This document shows, in pieces, positions 32,170 to 41,510 of a stretch of DNA of 64,000 nt. This stretch comes from an uncultured Verrucomicrobiae bacterium (GTDB taxonomy: Bacteria; Verrucomicrobiota; Verrucomicrobiia; Chthoniobacterales; UBA10450). The stretch covers positions 881,355 to 945,354 of the forward strand of contig CAWDGJ010000003.1 in assembly GCA_963801815.1 (NCBI GenBank), given 5' to 3'. Position 1 is the first letter of the stretch, and every line of letters begins with the position of its first letter. The notes beneath the pieces are model-generated. The model was not told where the DNA came from and ran no database searches. It saw only the letters and a list, made by a program, of their open reading frames with translations. The position numbers and the translations under genes were made by a program.

Positions 32170-32238
32170 GTTGTAGAGGCGCTTGTCTCAAGCGCCTGTT
32201 TATTTAATTCGGTGCTTGAGAACAAGCACCGCTACAAC
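32170..32238. repeat. GTAG-type REP pair
   Basis: GTTGTAGAGGCGCTTGTCTCAAGCGCCT...GGTGCTTGAGAACAAGCACCGCTACAAC. Confidence 0.85.
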
Positions 32239-32251
32239 AACCTTGATTCCA

Positions 32252-33040
32252 ATGCTCGGGTTTCTCAAAGATCGACAACGTAAGCGGCTCAAGGCGCAGC
32301 CGTTTCCGAATGAATGGCTGAAGATCATTGAGCGCAACGTCGCGTTTTTCGTGCGGCTGTCGGAAAAGGACAAGACTGATCTTCTCGAGCACGTTCAGGT
32401 TTTTCTCGCGGAAAAGAATTTTGAAGGTTGCGCGGAGCAGGAGATTACCGATGAAGTGCGGATAACAATCGCGGCGCAGGCCTGCCTCCTGTTGTTGCGT
32501 CGTAAGACCGATTATTTTCCGCGCCTGCTGACGATCCTGGTTTATCCGTCAAGCTACCTAGCGGACGAGCAACGGCCGATTACAGCCGACATTTGGGAGG
32601 AAGGAAAAAGCGCGCGAGCCGGTGAAACCGAGCGGACGATGGGATCGATGGTGCTGGCGTGGGACGCGGTCAAATGGGGCGCGTCTGATCCGTCCGACGG
32701 CAAAAACGTGGTGCTGCACGAGTTTGCGCACCAGCTCGACTACGAGAATCTCGCCGCCGACGGGACGCCGGCGCTCGTCACACGCAAACAGCAACTGGCC
32801 TGGCGCGAAGTGATGCGGACAGAGTTCGCGTCGCTGCGTGCGGCGGAAGCGACCGGAATTCCAACGTTGCTCGACACTTACGGCGCGACCAACGCAGCGG
32901 AATTTTTTGCGGTCTCGACCGAAGCTTTTTTCGAGCGACCGGTGATGCTTAGGTCGCAGCATCCGAGACTTTACGTCGAATTTCAGAATTACTTTCAACA
33001 GAACCCGGTGGAATTTTCGGCCGAGAGGAGTGCAGTGTAG
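32252..33040 (+). CDS. Zinc-dependent peptidase, MtfA/M90 family
   Basis: IAAQACL, ILVYP, NVVLHEFAHQLD, YGATNAAEFFAV. Confidence 0.92.
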   Translation: MLGFLKDRQRKRLKAQPFPNEWLKIIERNVAFFVRLSEKDKTDLLEHVQVFLAEKNFEGCAEQEITDEVRITIAAQACLLLLRRKTDYFPRLLTILVYPSSYLADEQRPITADIWEEGKSARAGETERTMGSMVLAWDAVKWGASDPSDGKNVVLHEFAHQLDYENLAADGTPALVTRKQQLAWREVMRTEFASLRAAEATGIPTLLDTYGATNAAEFFAVSTEAFFERPVMLRSQHPRLYVEFQNYFQQNPVEFSAERSAV

Positions 33041-33103
33041 CGACGGCCCTGCGGGCCGTAACTGCCAGTCCGGCTCGGACCGCGCCGCCGGCGCGTGGCT
33101 ACA
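33036..33103. repeat. GTAG-type REP pair that supplies the peptidase stop codon
   Basis: TGTAGCGACGGCCCTGCGGGCCGT...ACCGCGCCGCCGGCGCGTGGCTACA. Confidence 0.75.
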
Positions 33104-33155
33104 AGATCTTCTAAGTTTGAACACGAACGCGCAAGAGGGTGTCTGACGTTTCTGT

Positions 33156-33476
33156 ATGACGAAAATCATTGCGTTACTAGTAGCGGGAATGTTTGCAACG
33201 GGCGCGGTGTTCGCGGGTGAACACGGCGATTGCACCAAGCAAGCGGGCAATAGTGGAAAGCCGGCGTGCTCGGTTTCGTTGGCCAGCCTCAACCTGACGG
33301 CCGATCAAAAGACCAAGATGGATGCGGCGATGGCGGAGCACCACAAAGCGGGTTGTTCCGAGGCCAGCGAAGCGGCCTACATGAAAGAGGCGGAAGCCAT
33401 CCTGACAAAGGAGCAGTTCGCCAAGTTCAAATCCGAGTGCACAGCGCACAAGGACAAGGCCAAGACCGAAACATAA
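33156..33476 (+). CDS. Small secreted LTxxQ-motif (Spy/CpxP-like) protein with four Cys
   Basis: Signal peptide (VFA^G); LNLTADQ and ILTKEQ motifs. Confidence 0.7.
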   Translation: MTKIIALLVAGMFATGAVFAGEHGDCTKQAGNSGKPACSVSLASLNLTADQKTKMDAAMAEHHKAGCSEASEAAYMKEAEAILTKEQFAKFKSECTAHKDKAKTET

Positions 33477-33572
33477 GTCCGAGCCGGACTGGCGTTGTTT
33501 ACAACGCTTGTTTGTTTGACGAGAATCGCGTTCGCTTCACGGCGAACGCGATTTTGTTTTAAACGCAAACGA

Positions 33573-34685
33573 TCATTTCACCGCTTGCGTGAGCAGATCG
33601 GCAAGACGCCAGCCGGCTTTGTGAATTTCGTCGAGGACAATCCTCGCCGACCAATCGCAGTAAGGGGTATGGTCCGGCATCGCTCTCTCCCGCGCGATGC
33701 CCGCCATGACCGGACGTCCTTGATCGAAAATCTCGTGCATGCGCATGAACTGGAGCCGTTCATGAGCCTCACGGGCGATCGGCAGAATTTCATTCGCCCA
33801 TAAGTAGGAATAATCTTTGAGCGCAACGCCTTCTGGTTGACGCCAACTTTGTGGCTCTTCTTTCACCAACCGGTCGACCACCTTGTGTATTGCGCGCCTG
33901 GTCTCCTGGTAAGTTTCTTCTTTCGACAGCACAGCTGCCGACTCCGGCAAATTCATCAAGACGGCTTCGCTATCCCAAAACCCGTGGAGCTTCAGTCCGC
34001 GATGGTTGATCTCCGGCGGAGTCGTCCCGAACAAATGAAGGAACACGGTGTTGCCACCCTCGTCTTCGATCCCCGCCTGTCCTTTGTCCGGATCAACGGC
34101 ACGCCCCGCATGGTTGAAATAATCTGCGCCGACGTGAAGCGGCTGATGAATATCCCCGACGTAATGGGCCAGCAAAATCACGGCCACAGATTTGGTGATT
34201 TTGCGCGGATTGCTTTCCGGGACGTCGCCGCGAATCACGTCGATGCAATACGCGATCATGTGAACAACGTCCCATTCGCTGCGACCGGTTTTGCCGTCTC
34301 GGTATTTTTCCGGATCCAAGACCGGCACATCGGTGTAATGAAACCAGTGATGTGACGGCGTGGACGACTTCGGATCCTGCGTCGGCGGATTCGCCCGCCA
34401 GAACTCGCGCAACTGATGGTCAATCTTCGGATGGTCCGCGTAATTCGGGAACGCGTTCGGATCATCGGCGCCGCTTTTGTCCCAGGCTTTGATTTCGTCG
34501 GCAATGTTCGACGCGCGTTCGAGCGTGATGCCATCAGTGAGCGCGTAAATTTTTTGCCCGGCCGGCGAGTGGGCGATCAGCTCGTCAGCAATCCCGCCGA
34601 CGATTTCATGGCCCGGTGGACCATAAGCGGACAGCGGTAGGCGGAACGCAATCAGACTGAAAGCAATTAGAAGCGGGGGGCGCAT
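33573..34685 (-). CDS. S1/P1 nuclease family protein
   Basis: Signal peptide then YGPPGH; ADEIK, HWFHY, HYVGDIHQPLH, GGN, LHGFWD, AGWRLA. Confidence 0.9.
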   Translation of the reverse strand: MRPPLLIAFSLIAFRLPLSAYGPPGHEIVGGIADELIAHSPAGQKIYALTDGITLERASNIADEIKAWDKSGADDPNAFPNYADHPKIDHQLREFWRANPPTQDPKSSTPSHHWFHYTDVPVLDPEKYRDGKTGRSEWDVVHMIAYCIDVIRGDVPESNPRKITKSVAVILLAHYVGDIHQPLHVGADYFNHAGRAVDPDKGQAGIEDEGGNTVFLHLFGTTPPEINHRGLKLHGFWDSEAVLMNLPESAAVLSKEETYQETRRAIHKVVDRLVKEEPQSWRQPEGVALKDYSYLWANEILPIAREAHERLQFMRMHEIFDQGRPVMAGIARERAMPDHTPYCDWSARIVLDEIHKAGWRLADLLTQAVK

Positions 34686-34710
34686 CGAATCTCTTTACTA
34701 CTGAAGCCGG

Positions 34711-36738
34711 TCAGAACTTCAATGACATGTCGAGCAAATGATACTGCCAAACGAATAATCCGAACGCGATTCCACCAATCGCCAGCAGAATTGCGTGCGT
34801 TCGAAACCAGAATCCGTGGCTCGGAAGCCGGGAGAAGCGGATCGCCGTAATGACGAGGAGAAGAATTCCGGCCATCACCGCCCAGGCGAAAACATGAAGG
34901 GCCTGCAACCACGGATTGAGCGCATCGCCCAGAATCGCGATGTGTTCGAGCCCTTGGGTGAACGTGATTGCCGGAGCCAGAATCAAGATCAGTTCGCCAA
35001 GGCAAACGATTCGGGAGAGAAAATATAAAACACGATCGCCTTTGCCGGCGAACAATGGTCGCTGATATTTCCTGCGAACGAGGACTGCGACCGGCCAGAG
35101 CAGGACGGTTAATGCGACGAGCAAAAGATTTCCGCCGATGACCAGATTGAGCAGCCGCTTGTTGTTGTACCATGGAACGCGTTGCCCTTCGTAGATCGCG
35201 GGGAAGGGGAGCATTTCCGTCACTTTGCCCGAAGGATCTCGACGGAAGGCGATTCGTTCCGACCCATCGACCTCATTGTAGACCAGCGGCGCGATCTCCT
35301 TCCATCTTTTCGGCTCACCGCGCTGATTCTTGTTATCTTCGACTGTGAGAATGCCGTCCTTGTCGCTCTTCACGCTGAACTGGTCGAGCAACGCGACTAA
35401 CCTGAGGAAGTTTGTTTCGCTCCGGCGCGTTCCCTCGTAGACGCCACTTACCCCACGGCCGTCGTTTCTCGCGGTGTTTGGATCAACGTCAGTGTTCGGC
35501 TCGCCCTTGTTCGGAAAATAGCGATTCACGAATGCGCGCTGAACTTCGCCGCGGCCGCCGCCGACATTTTTGCCAAGGCTATTGTAGGAAAGGAAATAGC
35601 CGAGATGCGCTTCCGGGACGAGGACCATGTCGCTATGAAAATAAACGGTGTCTCCGCCGTGGCCGATGACGCGCACCGGATTGAGCCAGTATTCCATGAA
35701 AGTCAGGCCGAGGCCGCAGATCATCGGATTCAGCTCTAACTGGCGGGTCTGCATTTGGCGTACGGTTTCCGGTTTCAAAATCGAGACGCCATCGACGCTG
35801 CCATCCTGAAGAAATGCGAGCATGAAGCGCGTCATGTCGGCCGCGGTGGTTGAAAGCGCACCCGCGGGCGCAGCTTCGACGAATTCGAAATCGCGCGCCT
35901 TCTTAGTGGCGTGGAGATAACCCTTCGACATTTGCGCGGAGAGTTGCGGCGGCAACGGTTGATCGAAGGTCGAGCTGTTCATTCCGAGCGGCTTTAAAAT
36001 GTGATTGTCGATGTAGCGCTCGAATTTTTCGCCGCTCACCCGCTCAACGATGTATCCTGCCAGCGTCAATCCGTAATTCGAATACGACGGCACTTTGCCC
36101 GGCGGAAAAATGCGGGCCGGCATCTGGTTCACGAGATACGTGCGCAATGGTTTCATGTCGCTCTCGTGCGCGACGAAAAGGTTCTTGAGCGTTTCTTCGA
36201 ATCCCGCGGTGTGGGTGAGCAATCGCCGCAGCGTGATTGGCTCGGCGTAGGTCTTCGGAATCGTGAAATCGAGATAATCATTCACGTCGCGATCGAGATC
36301 GAGCTTGCCTTGCTCGGCCAACTGCATGACTGCCGTTGCGGTAAACAATTTCGAGATCGAGCCGGGCCTGAACAACGTTTGATCGGGCAAGACCGGCTTC
36401 TTCGATTCGAAATCGGCGTAGCCGTAACCTTTCTCGAACAATACCTGCCCGTCTTTAACGACTGAAACGACCGCGCCAGAGATGTTGCGGGTTTGCAATT
36501 GCGACGGAATCAGCGCGTCGAGAAATGCTTCGAAGTCTTGCTTAGTCAACGCTGGCGCGGGGCTGGTCTCCGGAGTGGCCGCCGGAACTTTTGCCGGGGG
36601 AGGCGAAGGAAGAGAAATCAGCGGCGACGGTGCCGGACCCTGAGCAAGAGCGGTTGCGGCCAATACCGCGATTGCGCCGAAACCAAAAATTAGCCTTTGC
36701 ATCGGTCGCCAGTTTGCCAGTTGGCGGGCGACTGACAA
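34711..36738 (-). CDS. Serine hydrolase (class C beta-lactamase-like) with C-terminal TM helices
   Basis: GSISK (SxxK), LLTHTAG, YSN, HGG; four C-terminal TM segments. Start may be ~36702. Confidence 0.9.
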   Translation of the reverse strand: MSVARQLANWRPMQRLIFGFGAIAVLAATALAQGPAPSPLISLPSPPPAKVPAATPETSPAPALTKQDFEAFLDALIPSQLQTRNISGAVVSVVKDGQVLFEKGYGYADFESKKPVLPDQTLFRPGSISKLFTATAVMQLAEQGKLDLDRDVNDYLDFTIPKTYAEPITLRRLLTHTAGFEETLKNLFVAHESDMKPLRTYLVNQMPARIFPPGKVPSYSNYGLTLAGYIVERVSGEKFERYIDNHILKPLGMNSSTFDQPLPPQLSAQMSKGYLHATKKARDFEFVEAAPAGALSTTAADMTRFMLAFLQDGSVDGVSILKPETVRQMQTRQLELNPMICGLGLTFMEYWLNPVRVIGHGGDTVYFHSDMVLVPEAHLGYFLSYNSLGKNVGGGRGEVQRAFVNRYFPNKGEPNTDVDPNTARNDGRGVSGVYEGTRRSETNFLRLVALLDQFSVKSDKDGILTVEDNKNQRGEPKRWKEIAPLVYNEVDGSERIAFRRDPSGKVTEMLPFPAIYEGQRVPWYNNKRLLNLVIGGNLLLVALTVLLWPVAVLVRRKYQRPLFAGKGDRVLYFLSRIVCLGELILILAPAITFTQGLEHIAILGDALNPWLQALHVFAWAVMAGILLLVITAIRFSRLPSHGFWFRTHAILLAIGGIAFGLFVWQYHLLDMSLKF

Positions 36739-36747
36739 GACTGTGAT

Positions 36748-37506
36748 TCACGCGGAGTGTTCGTTCGCCAGACGCGATTGAATCGTTTCGATCCGCTTCC
36801 GCAATTTGCCAAAATGCGATCCAGCCCAGTAAATCTGGCCACAGCTCAGGCATCGCCGGAACTCATCGTAGTAGATTTTGGTAAGCGGTTCGAGTTGGCT
36901 GATGATTTCCCGCTTTTTGGCCCGCTCCAGTTGGGCATTGCACCGCAAACAACGGCTAAACGGCGTCAAGACCAGCCCGAGATTGAACCGGCGCAGCACT
37001 TCGATGGTTTGTTTCAGCGAATTCTGTGAGCGCACGTAATAACCGTGGCGCACCGCGGAGTGCATCAGAAGGCGCCGGTCCCGGGTGAGGAGGGCCCGGT
37101 CCTGGTTACCAGAGGTCTCAATTAATTGTCGATCGTCGGCGCCGCGATCGTAAAGGACATCGATTCCGAGCAGGCGAAGATCGCGCACAAGTTTCCCCAG
37201 ATGCCCGTCGGCAACAAACTTTGAAATTTCGGTAACTTGCAATCGATTTTCCGAAAAAAGAGTAAGTCGTTTTGAATCGACGGAAAAGACGTCAATCTTC
37301 CCTGTGCAGCCGATTACCCGGCTAAGATCGACCGGTTGATCATCGACCAGAATCAAATCGACTTCGGTATGCGGAACGCCACAAGCTTCGATGATATCTT
37401 TGACGGACGTCCGCTCCTGTAATTGACGTTCAATCGCCGGCGTTTTCGACCTCAAGAAGAACGGTAGATCGCCGTGAAATAGGAGCCGGACGCTAAATGT
37501 GATCAT
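36748..37506 (-). CDS. Mut7-C ubiquitin-like/PIN RNase domain protein
   Basis: SVKDIIEACGVPHTEV, FVADGHLGKL, LLTRD, RCLRCN, CLSCGQIYWAGSH. Confidence 0.9.
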   Translation of the reverse strand: MITFSVRLLFHGDLPFFLRSKTPAIERQLQERTSVKDIIEACGVPHTEVDLILVDDQPVDLSRVIGCTGKIDVFSVDSKRLTLFSENRLQVTEISKFVADGHLGKLVRDLRLLGIDVLYDRGADDRQLIETSGNQDRALLTRDRRLLMHSAVRHGYYVRSQNSLKQTIEVLRRFNLGLVLTPFSRCLRCNAQLERAKKREIISQLEPLTKIYYDEFRRCLSCGQIYWAGSHFGKLRKRIETIQSRLANEHSA

Positions 37507-38204
37507 CTGCTCACCCGCGCAGTCGAGTAAGCGTATTCGAACGTCGTACTTCGCGGACGCGCCATTAGTCTTCCCGGCCCGAGCGGCTCGTCCTCGCTGT
37601 AATAACAATCGAGCTGCCACCGGTGCAGTCCGCCACCGGTGTCCATGATTTTCCAGCGCGTGCTTCGGAAAACGCTTTGAACTTCGGGCGCGGACGTTTC
37701 GAGGACTAAACCCCGACGCAATGGGCCTGACAATCGCGCCGCGGCCGAGGAACGGGGAACGAGCGTTCCGCCACCACCACTCGGCGGGCCGCCGAATCCG
37801 TAGGAGCCGCGGTTGTAACGAATGTAATTGCGACCGTTCACCGGATTTATGATTCGACCGTAACCTTCCTTCATTACCGAGCGCAGAAAGTCGCGCGGAT
37901 AAGTGTGGCCGTGCAATCCGGGTCGGGTGATTCGCGTCGCGTCGAAACCGCGCTCAAAGGTGAAGCCGGATTCTTTCGGCGTGTAATAAAGCGTACAGAC
38001 AATGAAATATTCGCCTGCATGTCCACCCGGGCGTCGCGCGAGTTTCTCATTCTCGTAAGCGAGACGTTGCGCGACCTCCGGCCACGGAATTTCGGCGCGC
38101 GCGGCCGATAAGATCGAAACCGAGATTCCTAGCGCAAAGAGATGTAGCCACGGTGCTATGCGCCGTTGCCGGACCGCCCACAGGGCGGTGGCTACGGAAA
38201 TCAA
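37503..38204 (-). CDS. Exported protein with a 3D-domain-like C-terminus
   Basis: TLYY near the N-terminus and IMDTGGGLHRWQLDCY resemble 3D/MltA motifs; TTG start inferred from a TTGA overlap with namZ. Confidence 0.6.
   Translation of the reverse strand: MISVATALWAVRQRRIAPWLHLFALGISVSILSAARAEIPWPEVAQRLAYENEKLARRPGGHAGEYFIVCTLYYTPKESGFTFERGFDATRITRPGLHGHTYPRDFLRSVMKEGYGRIINPVNGRNYIRYNRGSYGFGGPPSGGGGTLVPRSSAAARLSGPLRRGLVLETSAPEVQSVFRSTRWKIMDTGGGLHRWQLDCYYSEDEPLGPGRLMARPRSTTFEYAYSTARVSR
38144..38195. repeat. GTAG-type REP pair
   Basis: GTAGCCACGGTGCTATGCGCCGT...ACCGCCCACAGGGCGGTGGCTAC. Confidence 0.78.
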
Positions 38205-39289
38205 TTTTGAAAATAATCTTCCGCCGGGCCGCCGAGTAAGATCTGGATCGGCAGTTTTTCGTATTCGTATTCGTAAGGCGGCTGCTTCCACGCGAACGAC
38301 TCCGGGTATAATCTTCGAATGCACCGGACGATTTCAACGCCTGTTTGAAACGCGCGGTAAATATTACGGTCGAGCAGGTGGATCTGCGCTCCGCCGCAAA
38401 CTTCACCGGCGAACTTCTGAAACGTGGGCTGGAAATAATTTTCCCGAAAGAACACGCCTGGCAGCCTCAATTCGTTCAGCTCGCCACAAAGTCTTTCCGC
38501 ATCAATGAATGGCGCGCCGAAAATCTCAAATGGCCGTGTCGTGCCGCGACCTTCGGAGATATTCGTGCCTTCAAGTAAACACAATCCCGGATAAACCGTT
38601 GCGGTATCGAGCGTCGGCATGTTCGGGGATGGCATCACCCATGGCAGGCCTGTTTGGTCAAACCACATTTCGCGTTTCCAATTTTTCATTGGCAAGATCG
38701 ACAACTTGCAGTTTGGGAAAGCCTCGTCGCGAAATTGGGTTGCGAGCTCGCCAATTGTGCGGCCGTGACGGACCGGGATCGGATGAAGACCAACGAACGA
38801 TTCGTAACCTTTCTCAATGGGCGGGCCTTCGACCGTGATGCCGTTGATTGGGTTCGGCCGATCGAGGACGACGACATGCACTCCAAGCCTCTGGCATGCG
38901 CGCATGCAAAGGTAGAGCGTCCAAATAAAAGTGTAATAGCGCGCGCCGATGTCCTGAAGATCGACTAAGAACACATCAACATCCTGCAACATCGCGTCGC
39001 TCGGTTCGCGATGTTCGCCGTACAAACTGTGAACTGGAATGCGCAGTCGCGAATGCTCGTAGCTCCTCCATTCGATCATGTTGTCCTGGGTTTGACCGAG
39101 AAAACCGTGCTGCGGGCCAAAAAAAGCGCAGAGTTGAAACAACTCGCCGTTGAATCGCTCCAGTATTTTCGACGCGTGCTCGAGTCTCGACGAAACGGAC
39201 GCCGGATGCAGAAGCGCGCCGATCGTCGCCCCGCAAAGTTCTTTCGGCCAAAGTTCTGAAAGATGATCGACTGGAAGCTGGACGGGCAT
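38201..39289 (-). CDS. Exo-beta-N-acetylmuramidase NamZ (DUF1343) family
   Basis: FGPQHG, SLYG, DLQDIGARYYTF, LDRPNP, PSPNMP, SEGRGTTRPFE. Confidence 0.92.
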   Translation of the reverse strand: MPVQLPVDHLSELWPKELCGATIGALLHPASVSSRLEHASKILERFNGELFQLCAFFGPQHGFLGQTQDNMIEWRSYEHSRLRIPVHSLYGEHREPSDAMLQDVDVFLVDLQDIGARYYTFIWTLYLCMRACQRLGVHVVVLDRPNPINGITVEGPPIEKGYESFVGLHPIPVRHGRTIGELATQFRDEAFPNCKLSILPMKNWKREMWFDQTGLPWVMPSPNMPTLDTATVYPGLCLLEGTNISEGRGTTRPFEIFGAPFIDAERLCGELNELRLPGVFFRENYFQPTFQKFAGEVCGGAQIHLLDRNIYRAFQTGVEIVRCIRRLYPESFAWKQPPYEYEYEKLPIQILLGGPAEDYFQN

Positions 39290-39298
39290 GTGAGTGAT

Positions 39299-39367
39299 GT
39301 TGTAGCGGCGTTTGTCTCAAACGCCGAACAAAAATAAAGAGGCGCTTGGCACAAGCGTCTCTACAAC
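39299..39367. repeat. GTAG-type REP pair that supplies the lnt stop codon
   Basis: GTTGTAGCGGCGTTTGTCTCAAACGCCG...AGGCGCTTGGCACAAGCGTCTCTACAAC; same family as 32170-32238. Confidence 0.85.
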
Positions 39368-40989
39368 TTTTTGCGCATGAAAAAGGCCACGACGATGGCG
39401 ATGGCAGTAATTACCGCGCAAGATTCTGCAAACCATTCGCCGTGCCGCGCGTAAAACGTCAGCTGCCCGCCCGCCATAGCCTCGGCGGAGGCGGGTCGAT
39501 CCTGCGGCACGTTGATGACACCGTTCAAGACACCTTCGTTAAACGTGTTGCCGGTGTCGTCCCGTAAAATATCAGTCACCCGTCCAAACTCGTTCACGAA
39601 GCAGGTCACGCCCGTGTTGGCGGCGCGAACCATCGGCCGGCGGTTTTCAACGCAGCGGAAAATCGCGTTGGCCAGGTGCTGATGCGAACCCGATGACCGC
39701 AAAAACCAGCCGTCGTTGGTGATATCGACGAAAAGGTTCGCGCCGCTGAGAACGAATCGCCGGACCAGATCGCCGACCGTGTCCTCGAAACAAATCAGAG
39801 GCGCAACGCGGAAATCCGGATCGGTGAGCCTGAATACCGTGTACTCTGTTCCCGGTGTGAAATCACCCGGAACCCACGTGCCCGCGATTGCCGCAAAAAG
39901 CGGAAACGAGTGCCGCAGGGGAACGTATTCGCCAAACGGCACGAGATGAATCTTGCGATAGACCTGCATTTGCGCGCCGCTGTCCGTTACGAGTAGCGCT
40001 GCGTTGTAATCGCGCGGGCCTTCAAAATCGAGGGAACCAAGCATCAAATCGGTCTTGGTGGACGCGGCAAAATCATTCACGAACCGATAGCTCGTGCCGT
40101 TCTGATCCCGTACCGGATCGGGCATCGAGCTTTCAGGCCAGATCAGCAACGCCGGCGGCGAATTTGTTCCGACTGCGACCTTGCTTAATCGCCGAAATTT
40201 ATCGAAGACTTGCGATGTGAATTGCGGATCGAACTTTTCCAGCTGCGGAACATTTGCCTGAACTGCGGCGATCCGAATCGATTTCGACACCGACGGAGCC
40301 TGAATTCGATGCAGACCAAACGCGACCAGCGCAACAATCCCAATCATCGTTAACGTCAAATCGAAATGCGGCCGCATTCGATGCGTTCGGGCTTCGACAA
40401 AGAGCCGGATTGGAGTCGTGACGGCAATGATGTTCACGAACGCGACCGTAAATGAAATTCCGACGATGCCGGTGAACTCTGCAGCCTGGATCATCGGAAA
40501 TTGCGCGTGGAGCGCGACACCGAGACCATTCCATCCGAAACCGCTAAACAGCCAGCCGCGAACCCATTCGTGGGTCACCCACGCTGACGCCGCCACCCAT
40601 GCCATCAACAGGTTGCGCCACGAGGCAGTGAAAGTTCGCGGCCTGATCAATCCTATGAACCAGCTCCAAAAGGCGAAATGAACGGCGAGGTAGATCGACA
40701 ACAGGAATGACAGGCCGTGAAGGAACGAGCTTTGATACAAATCGCCGAGAGCGCCGAGCCAGCTGAACGTGCCGGTGAAAAAAACAATTCCCGCCAGGTA
40801 ACCAAGCAATAAGTTTCGGAGCCAGCGGCGGCGCCAGTTATCAGCAGAAAACCAGACCGCGACGATGAGTGGAGTCAGTGCAATCCAACAAAGCCAGCTT
40901 TGATTGAATGGTGGGAAACACGCGATCCCGAGCAAACCACTCGCGATTGCGGCAAACCAGGGCCAGATCTTCGCTAGGGCTCGAAACAC
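39361..40989 (-). CDS. lnt: Apolipoprotein N-acyltransferase
   Basis: TM N-terminal half; WPES, KIHLVPFGEY, ICFE, TNDGWF, RAANTG. Confidence 0.96.
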   Translation of the reverse strand: MFRALAKIWPWFAAIASGLLGIACFPPFNQSWLCWIALTPLIVAVWFSADNWRRRWLRNLLLGYLAGIVFFTGTFSWLGALGDLYQSSFLHGLSFLLSIYLAVHFAFWSWFIGLIRPRTFTASWRNLLMAWVAASAWVTHEWVRGWLFSGFGWNGLGVALHAQFPMIQAAEFTGIVGISFTVAFVNIIAVTTPIRLFVEARTHRMRPHFDLTLTMIGIVALVAFGLHRIQAPSVSKSIRIAAVQANVPQLEKFDPQFTSQVFDKFRRLSKVAVGTNSPPALLIWPESSMPDPVRDQNGTSYRFVNDFAASTKTDLMLGSLDFEGPRDYNAALLVTDSGAQMQVYRKIHLVPFGEYVPLRHSFPLFAAIAGTWVPGDFTPGTEYTVFRLTDPDFRVAPLICFEDTVGDLVRRFVLSGANLFVDITNDGWFLRSSGSHQHLANAIFRCVENRRPMVRAANTGVTCFVNEFGRVTDILRDDTGNTFNEGVLNGVINVPQDRPASAEAMAGGQLTFYARHGEWFAESCAVITAIAIVVAFFMRKKL

Positions 40990-41000
40990 ACGCCGAATCT

Positions 41001-41150
41001 AAAGTTCCAAATCCCAAGCTCCAAGCTCCAAACAAATTCCAATGCTCAAAGCTCATCTGCGAAGAGAGCCGCTTGGGATTTAAAGCCTGGGATTTTGGAG
41101 TTTCCCTGGGATTTGGGACTTGGGATTTCGGGTTTGGTGCCTGGGATTTC
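41001..41150. mobile_element. Gene-less (MITE-like) copy of the heptamer inverted-repeat element
   Basis: Left arm AAATCCC AAGCTCC AAGCTCC...; 18-nt spacer; right arm (GGGATTT/GGGACTT/GGTGCCT)n. Confidence 0.7.
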
Positions 41151-41159
41151 GCGATCCCG

Positions 41160-41471
41160 TTATCCGCGACGGCGGCGACGCGGTTCGCGTTCGCGGCGGC
41201 GGCCCGGATGAAGCGCATCCTTCAAATCGCGGGCGTAAGACGCATTCACGCGAAAAACGGTGCGCTCAACGTCTTCCATGGTGCGCACATTCACCTTGTC
41301 TGAAAGGATGTAACCCTGCGAAATCAATCCAGTGAGCTCGTCGAGAAATTCCGCTTGCTCGATTTCGCCGATGTGGTCGATCAAAATCTTGCCGTAGGTC
41401 GGCGTGCCCGACAGTCCCAATGTCTTCAGCAGCGTAATCTCGCCGCCGCTCAAATTAATTTCACGATTCAC
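41160..41471 (-). CDS. Hypothetical protein (possibly winged-helix-like)
   Basis: 103-aa ORF co-oriented between the mutase and lnt; basic C-terminal tail. Confidence 0.7.
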   Translation of the reverse strand: MNREINLSGGEITLLKTLGLSGTPTYGKILIDHIGEIEQAEFLDELTGLISQGYILSDKVNVRTMEDVERTVFRVNASYARDLKDALHPGRRREREPRRRRRG

Positions 41472-41510
41472 AGTAAGTCCTTGGCAACGAACCGAGCCGT
41501 TATCGAGCAG

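Noticed and set aside
40841..41303. ORFs with KSQAPNPK or WDFG repeats
   Set aside because: They are translations of the heptamer element and overlap real genes.
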